From the IMG/VR virus record IMGVR_UViG_3300024187_000007, positions 2,131-66,130 of that record: DNA of 64,000 nt, one strand, 5' to 3'. The notes below the pieces were generated by a model. The model was given only the letters and a program-made list of their open reading frames with translations. It made no database searches and had not been told where the DNA came from. Position numbers and translations under genes: made by a program. Positions within the stretch are counted from its first letter, which is position 1, and every line of letters starts with the position of its first letter. This document shows, piece after piece, positions 60,968 to 64,000 of this stretch. Source of the DNA: a virus (taxonomy: Duplodnaviria; Caudoviricetes).

Positions 60968-62250
60968 GAGTCTACGCCCTGATCAACTGCTGGCCGATGG
61001 TCGGCGGCGATGCCGACACGCCACCCATCGACGACCGTGAGGCCTCCGACACGTGGCTGGAAGCCCTTGACGGGGTCTACAACTACGACGGCCTGTTGGT
61101 CGCCTTGGGCCAGCCGTTGTCGGCCCACCAGCACGCGATCCTGAAGAAGGACGGCGAGCTGACGCTGGACGAAGGGCTGCGCGAGATCCGCTGCTTCGAT
61201 ATCGACCCCGGGTCGGTCGTCAAAGGCTGGGTGGCTAAGGCTCGCAAGCAAGGCGCAGCCGACGAGCGCGACCGGATCTTCAGCTTGCTCTGCTACTTCA
61301 CCGGTCAGCTGGCCGACGCCCACGGCCTGATCAAGGGCCTGAGCGATCTGCCCCTCTGGATGGCCACTCTGCGCGAGTTCGGCGAGATGATCACCGACGG
61401 GACGGTGGCCCCGGTCCGGTACTACCTCAAGGGCCGCAAGCGGGGCCGAATCATCGAGGGGTCCGGTGCAGCCGTTGCGCCCACGACCGAGGCCGACACC
61501 GTGCCGGTCTGCCGCAAGTGTGGCTTCACCTTGGACCAGATCGGTCAGCAGGCGAACTACTGGGAATGCAGTACCACCGCCTGTACACGCCGCGGCGAGC
61601 GGGTGGTCTGGCCGCCGGATCCCTGCAACGAGTGTGGCAGTCCATTGGACACCGGTGGGTTCTGCCATTTCGTGGACTGCGCCAAGGCCGTTGAGCCGAA
61701 GGTGGACTTGGACGGCAAGTTGGCGGCTGGTCGTATACCGGCCCAGCCCAAGGTGGACCTCTGCGCGAGCTGTCAGAAACCCCTGCAGAGTTTCAACCAG
61801 CAGGAGATCTGCCTGACCGGAGGCTGCCGGTACGCCGGCGTCCGTGTGGTGGCCGACCCGACGCGGCCGTGTGCCGCATGTCAGGCCGCGATGGTCCCCA
61901 CCGGGAATGACTTCTTCAAGTGTATCGCCGACACCTGCTCGCTGTTCGGCATTCAGGTGCGACACACGCGCGGCCTGCTGCCGGTGGCGGCGGTCGAGCT
62001 GTGTGGCGCGACCTTCATGACCGCGAGCTGTGTGCTGACCAAGGGCCACACCGGGCCGCATGCCAGCGGGCATGACAAGAAGTTCACATGGGCGCAGAGT
62101 TTGAACCGGCATCCGCAAGCGACCGAGGCCGATTGCTGTGCCCTGCCACCGCCCGAGCTGCGGGCCGTAAACATCCACGAGGCCGTGGACGCGGCCGTCG
62201 TCGAGCTGGCGCAGACTGATCCGGCGGCCCTGAAGGTGGAGAAGCCGTGA
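60964..62250 (+). CDS. multi zinc-ribbon protein (four C4 repeats plus a C..H..H motif)
   Basis: CRKC..CSTTAC, CNEC..CHFVDC, CASC..CLTGGC, CAAC..CIADTC, CVLTKGHTGPH. Confidence 0.7.
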   Translation: MRVYALINCWPMVGGDADTPPIDDREASDTWLEALDGVYNYDGLLVALGQPLSAHQHAILKKDGELTLDEGLREIRCFDIDPGSVVKGWVAKARKQGAADERDRIFSLLCYFTGQLADAHGLIKGLSDLPLWMATLREFGEMITDGTVAPVRYYLKGRKRGRIIEGSGAAVAPTTEADTVPVCRKCGFTLDQIGQQANYWECSTTACTRRGERVVWPPDPCNECGSPLDTGGFCHFVDCAKAVEPKVDLDGKLAAGRIPAQPKVDLCASCQKPLQSFNQQEICLTGGCRYAGVRVVADPTRPCAACQAAMVPTGNDFFKCIADTCSLFGIQVRHTRGLLPVAAVELCGATFMTASCVLTKGHTGPHASGHDKKFTWAQSLNRHPQATEADCCALPPPELRAVNIHEAVDAAVVELAQTDPAALKVEKP

Positions 62251-62795
62251 GCCAGCCAACAGACGACTGCACGTTCCTGAGCGCCCGCGTCAAAGAGCTG
62301 GGCGAGGCGTTGCTCCGTGCCGATGCGCGGTATCTCGCCTTGAAAGCCTCTCTCCCCCAGGCCGAGCCGCCGACCCATGTAGATCGTTACCATGAGACGC
62401 CGTGCTGGCTCTGTAACAAGGCTGTCCCTGTGGGTGGCCCATTCACTAACCGCTGCTGGCCGTCATGTGAAACCACCGAGCCGCCGACCGACCTGCGGAT
62501 GCTGATTGAGAAGATGGGAGCGCTCTACGACAAGTGGAAGGGCCAGCAGGCGTATCGAATCCGTGAAGTTGGCATTCACGATGCTGGCGCGGCTGGTATC
62601 CAGTCATGCGCGATTGACCTTGCGCTCCTGAAACACGAACTTGAGGCGGCGGTGCGTGGAGCCGCGAGGCCGCAGACACTGGATCACCCATTCCTACTCA
62701 GCACGCAAGGCGAGTGGTGTAAAACGTGTGGCTTAATCGAACGATTGCACGTGGCCGCGCTCCCGTCCTCCTCGACGACAAAGGACTCCAAGTGA
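62247..62795 (+). CDS. hypothetical protein with zinc-finger motifs
   Basis: CWLC...C...C; H...CKTC...H; GTGA overlaps. Confidence 0.6.
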   Translation: MSQPTDDCTFLSARVKELGEALLRADARYLALKASLPQAEPPTHVDRYHETPCWLCNKAVPVGGPFTNRCWPSCETTEPPTDLRMLIEKMGALYDKWKGQQAYRIREVGIHDAGAAGIQSCAIDLALLKHELEAAVRGAARPQTLDHPFLLSTQGEWCKTCGLIERLHVAALPSSSTTKDSK

Positions 62796-63463
62796 TTGCC
62801 AAGTTTGCCCTCTACCCGTCCCCGCAGGAAATGCTGGGTGGCCGTGCCACGGCCGTGATTGTCCTCGTCCCGGGGTCCAACAGCGACGGCCGCGGCATGA
62901 TCCACGACCCGACGTGGGTCAAGTTCGCCCGCGCGCACAACTGTGCGCTGGTCGGCTGCTACTTCGCCGACGACCAGCCGTCCATGGCCGAGGCGTACTG
63001 CGATCTGCGCGGCCCCGGCAGTCAGGCAGCGGTGGATCTGACGTTGTTCTTGGCGAAGACGTACGACAAGATTCCGCCACTGCTGGTGTGGGGCTTCTCC
63101 GCTGGCGGGCAGTTCGCCTACGAGCTGACGTGTTGGGCCTCGTCCGGCCATTACGTGTTAGCAGGTGACCGGCGTGATGGCGTCCAGACGCGCCTTAACG
63201 TGGCCGGCTTCGTGGTCAACAAGGGCGGGATCTACTACACCCATCTGGCCAGCGAGGAAGCCAGAGCCGTCCCCGGCCTGTTGATCATCGGCCGCAAGGA
63301 CAGCCTCTGGCGGCAGCGGAGCGTCGAGGGGATCGCCGGCGTGAACATGGCGATGGGGGCCGGCTGGTCCCTGACCATGGAAGACTGCGGCCACGAGGTC
63401 TGCAATTCCGTCGCACTCGGCCAGAAATTCTTCTCGGACATCTTGAAGGAGCTGGGCCAGTGA
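62792..63463 (+). CDS. alpha/beta hydrolase (esterase/depolymerase-like)
   Basis: VLVPG oxyanion region, WGFSAGG nucleophile elbow, IIGRKD acid, CGHE histidine. Confidence 0.85.
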   Translation: MIAKFALYPSPQEMLGGRATAVIVLVPGSNSDGRGMIHDPTWVKFARAHNCALVGCYFADDQPSMAEAYCDLRGPGSQAAVDLTLFLAKTYDKIPPLLVWGFSAGGQFAYELTCWASSGHYVLAGDRRDGVQTRLNVAGFVVNKGGIYYTHLASEEARAVPGLLIIGRKDSLWRQRSVEGIAGVNMAMGAGWSLTMEDCGHEVCNSVALGQKFFSDILKELGQ

Positions 63464-63639
63464 TCCGGACGATCTATCTCGGCTGGGCCTTAAGCCTGTG
63501 GACGTATCTATGCGTCAACTGCCTCTGGATCGCGTGGCACTCAACCTATCCGTATCACATGCTCTGGACGGCTGCGGGCCTGTACTTTGGCGATCAGGCG
63601 TTTGGCCGTCTGGACGACCTCTTGGAGGAGCTTCGATGA
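63460..63639 (+). CDS. 59-aa membrane protein
   Basis: GTGA and ATGA overlaps; Trp-rich hydrophobic segments. Confidence 0.5.
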   Translation: MIRTIYLGWALSLWTYLCVNCLWIAWHSTYPYHMLWTAAGLYFGDQAFGRLDDLLEELR

Positions 63640-64000
63640 AACCTCGCCCCGAAGAACGCCGCCAGCAGGGCCGGTCCCTGACCGATCCCCATGCGGGCTG
63701 CAACCCGACGCTGATCGTGCCACGCGACCCGCCCGGTGGGGCCATCAACGTGTTCGCCTACGGCACGCTCCGGCCGAGCTTGTACCCGCAGGCGGTCGAC
63801 CGGTTCAGTCTGACGCCCGTCGGCCGTGGCGTGCTCTACGGCCACTACGAGATGCTGCACCTCGGCAGCTTCCCCGGCCTGATTGACACCAAGGTCACGA
63901 CCCACCCGGACGCCGGTGCCGCGATTGTGGGGGAAGTCGTCCAGGTGTCCGATCTGTCTCAGCTCGATCTCTACGAGGGCTACCCGCATCTCTACACCAG
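63636..64000 (+). CDS. gamma-glutamylcyclotransferase (GGCT/AIG2-like), truncated by the window end
   Basis: GGAGGAG RBS; NVFAYGTLR, FPGL, GEV, LDLYEG motifs; missed by the ORF track because it has no stop in the window. Confidence 0.85.
   Translation, partial: MKPRPEERRQQGRSLTDPHAGCNPTLIVPRDPPGGAINVFAYGTLRPSLYPQAVDRFSLTPVGRGVLYGHYEMLHLGSFPGLIDTKVTTHPDAGAAIVGEVVQVSDLSQLDLYEGYPHLYT

Noticed and set aside
1-64000. Many long antisense or alternate-frame ORFs (e.g. 24257..25969 +, 29150..30760 +, 42834..44354 +, 60892..62259 -, 15349..16419 -)
   Set aside because: They shadow well-supported genes; high GC3 bias suppresses stop codons in other frames, and the products have no motifs or RBS
1-64000. 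Integrated prophage or temperate lifestyle
   Set aside because: No integrase, att-flanked host genes or CI/Cro pair recognised; Tyr762 polymerase fits a lytic phage, though unseen sequence could change this

Overview
High-GC dsDNA tailed-phage (Caudoviricetes) genome segment with podovirus-like morphogenesis genes. No integrase, repressor cassette, tRNA or CRISPR array was recognised. Three blocks: (1) 1-20.9 kb, mainly + strand: class II glutamine amidotransferase and phiEco32-like COOH-NH2 ligase, an inverted RepA-type helicase, a PD-(D/E)XK nuclease/AAA ATPase/SSB-like recombination module, adenine and cytosine methyltransferases, a NADAR-like protein, a UDG-fused family A DNA polymerase and nucleotide-pool enzymes. 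(2) 20.8-53.2 kb, - strand late operon: a terminase large subunit split into two genes, portal, scaffold, major capsid protein, decoration proteins, three adaptor-like paralogues, tail hub, ejection-type proteins, M15 endolysin, two LAGLIDADG endonucleases and a histidine phosphatase. Three of its fibre-like proteins carry Sec-type signal peptides followed by Gln, which is the most unusual observation here. (3) 53.2-64 kb: a repeat-rich divergent non-coding region, then many small + strand early genes, a candidate structured ncRNA, an alpha/beta hydrolase and a truncated gamma-glutamylcyclotransferase that probably belongs with the amidoligase genes at the window start. All family assignments come from motif recognition by eye; no database searches were run.
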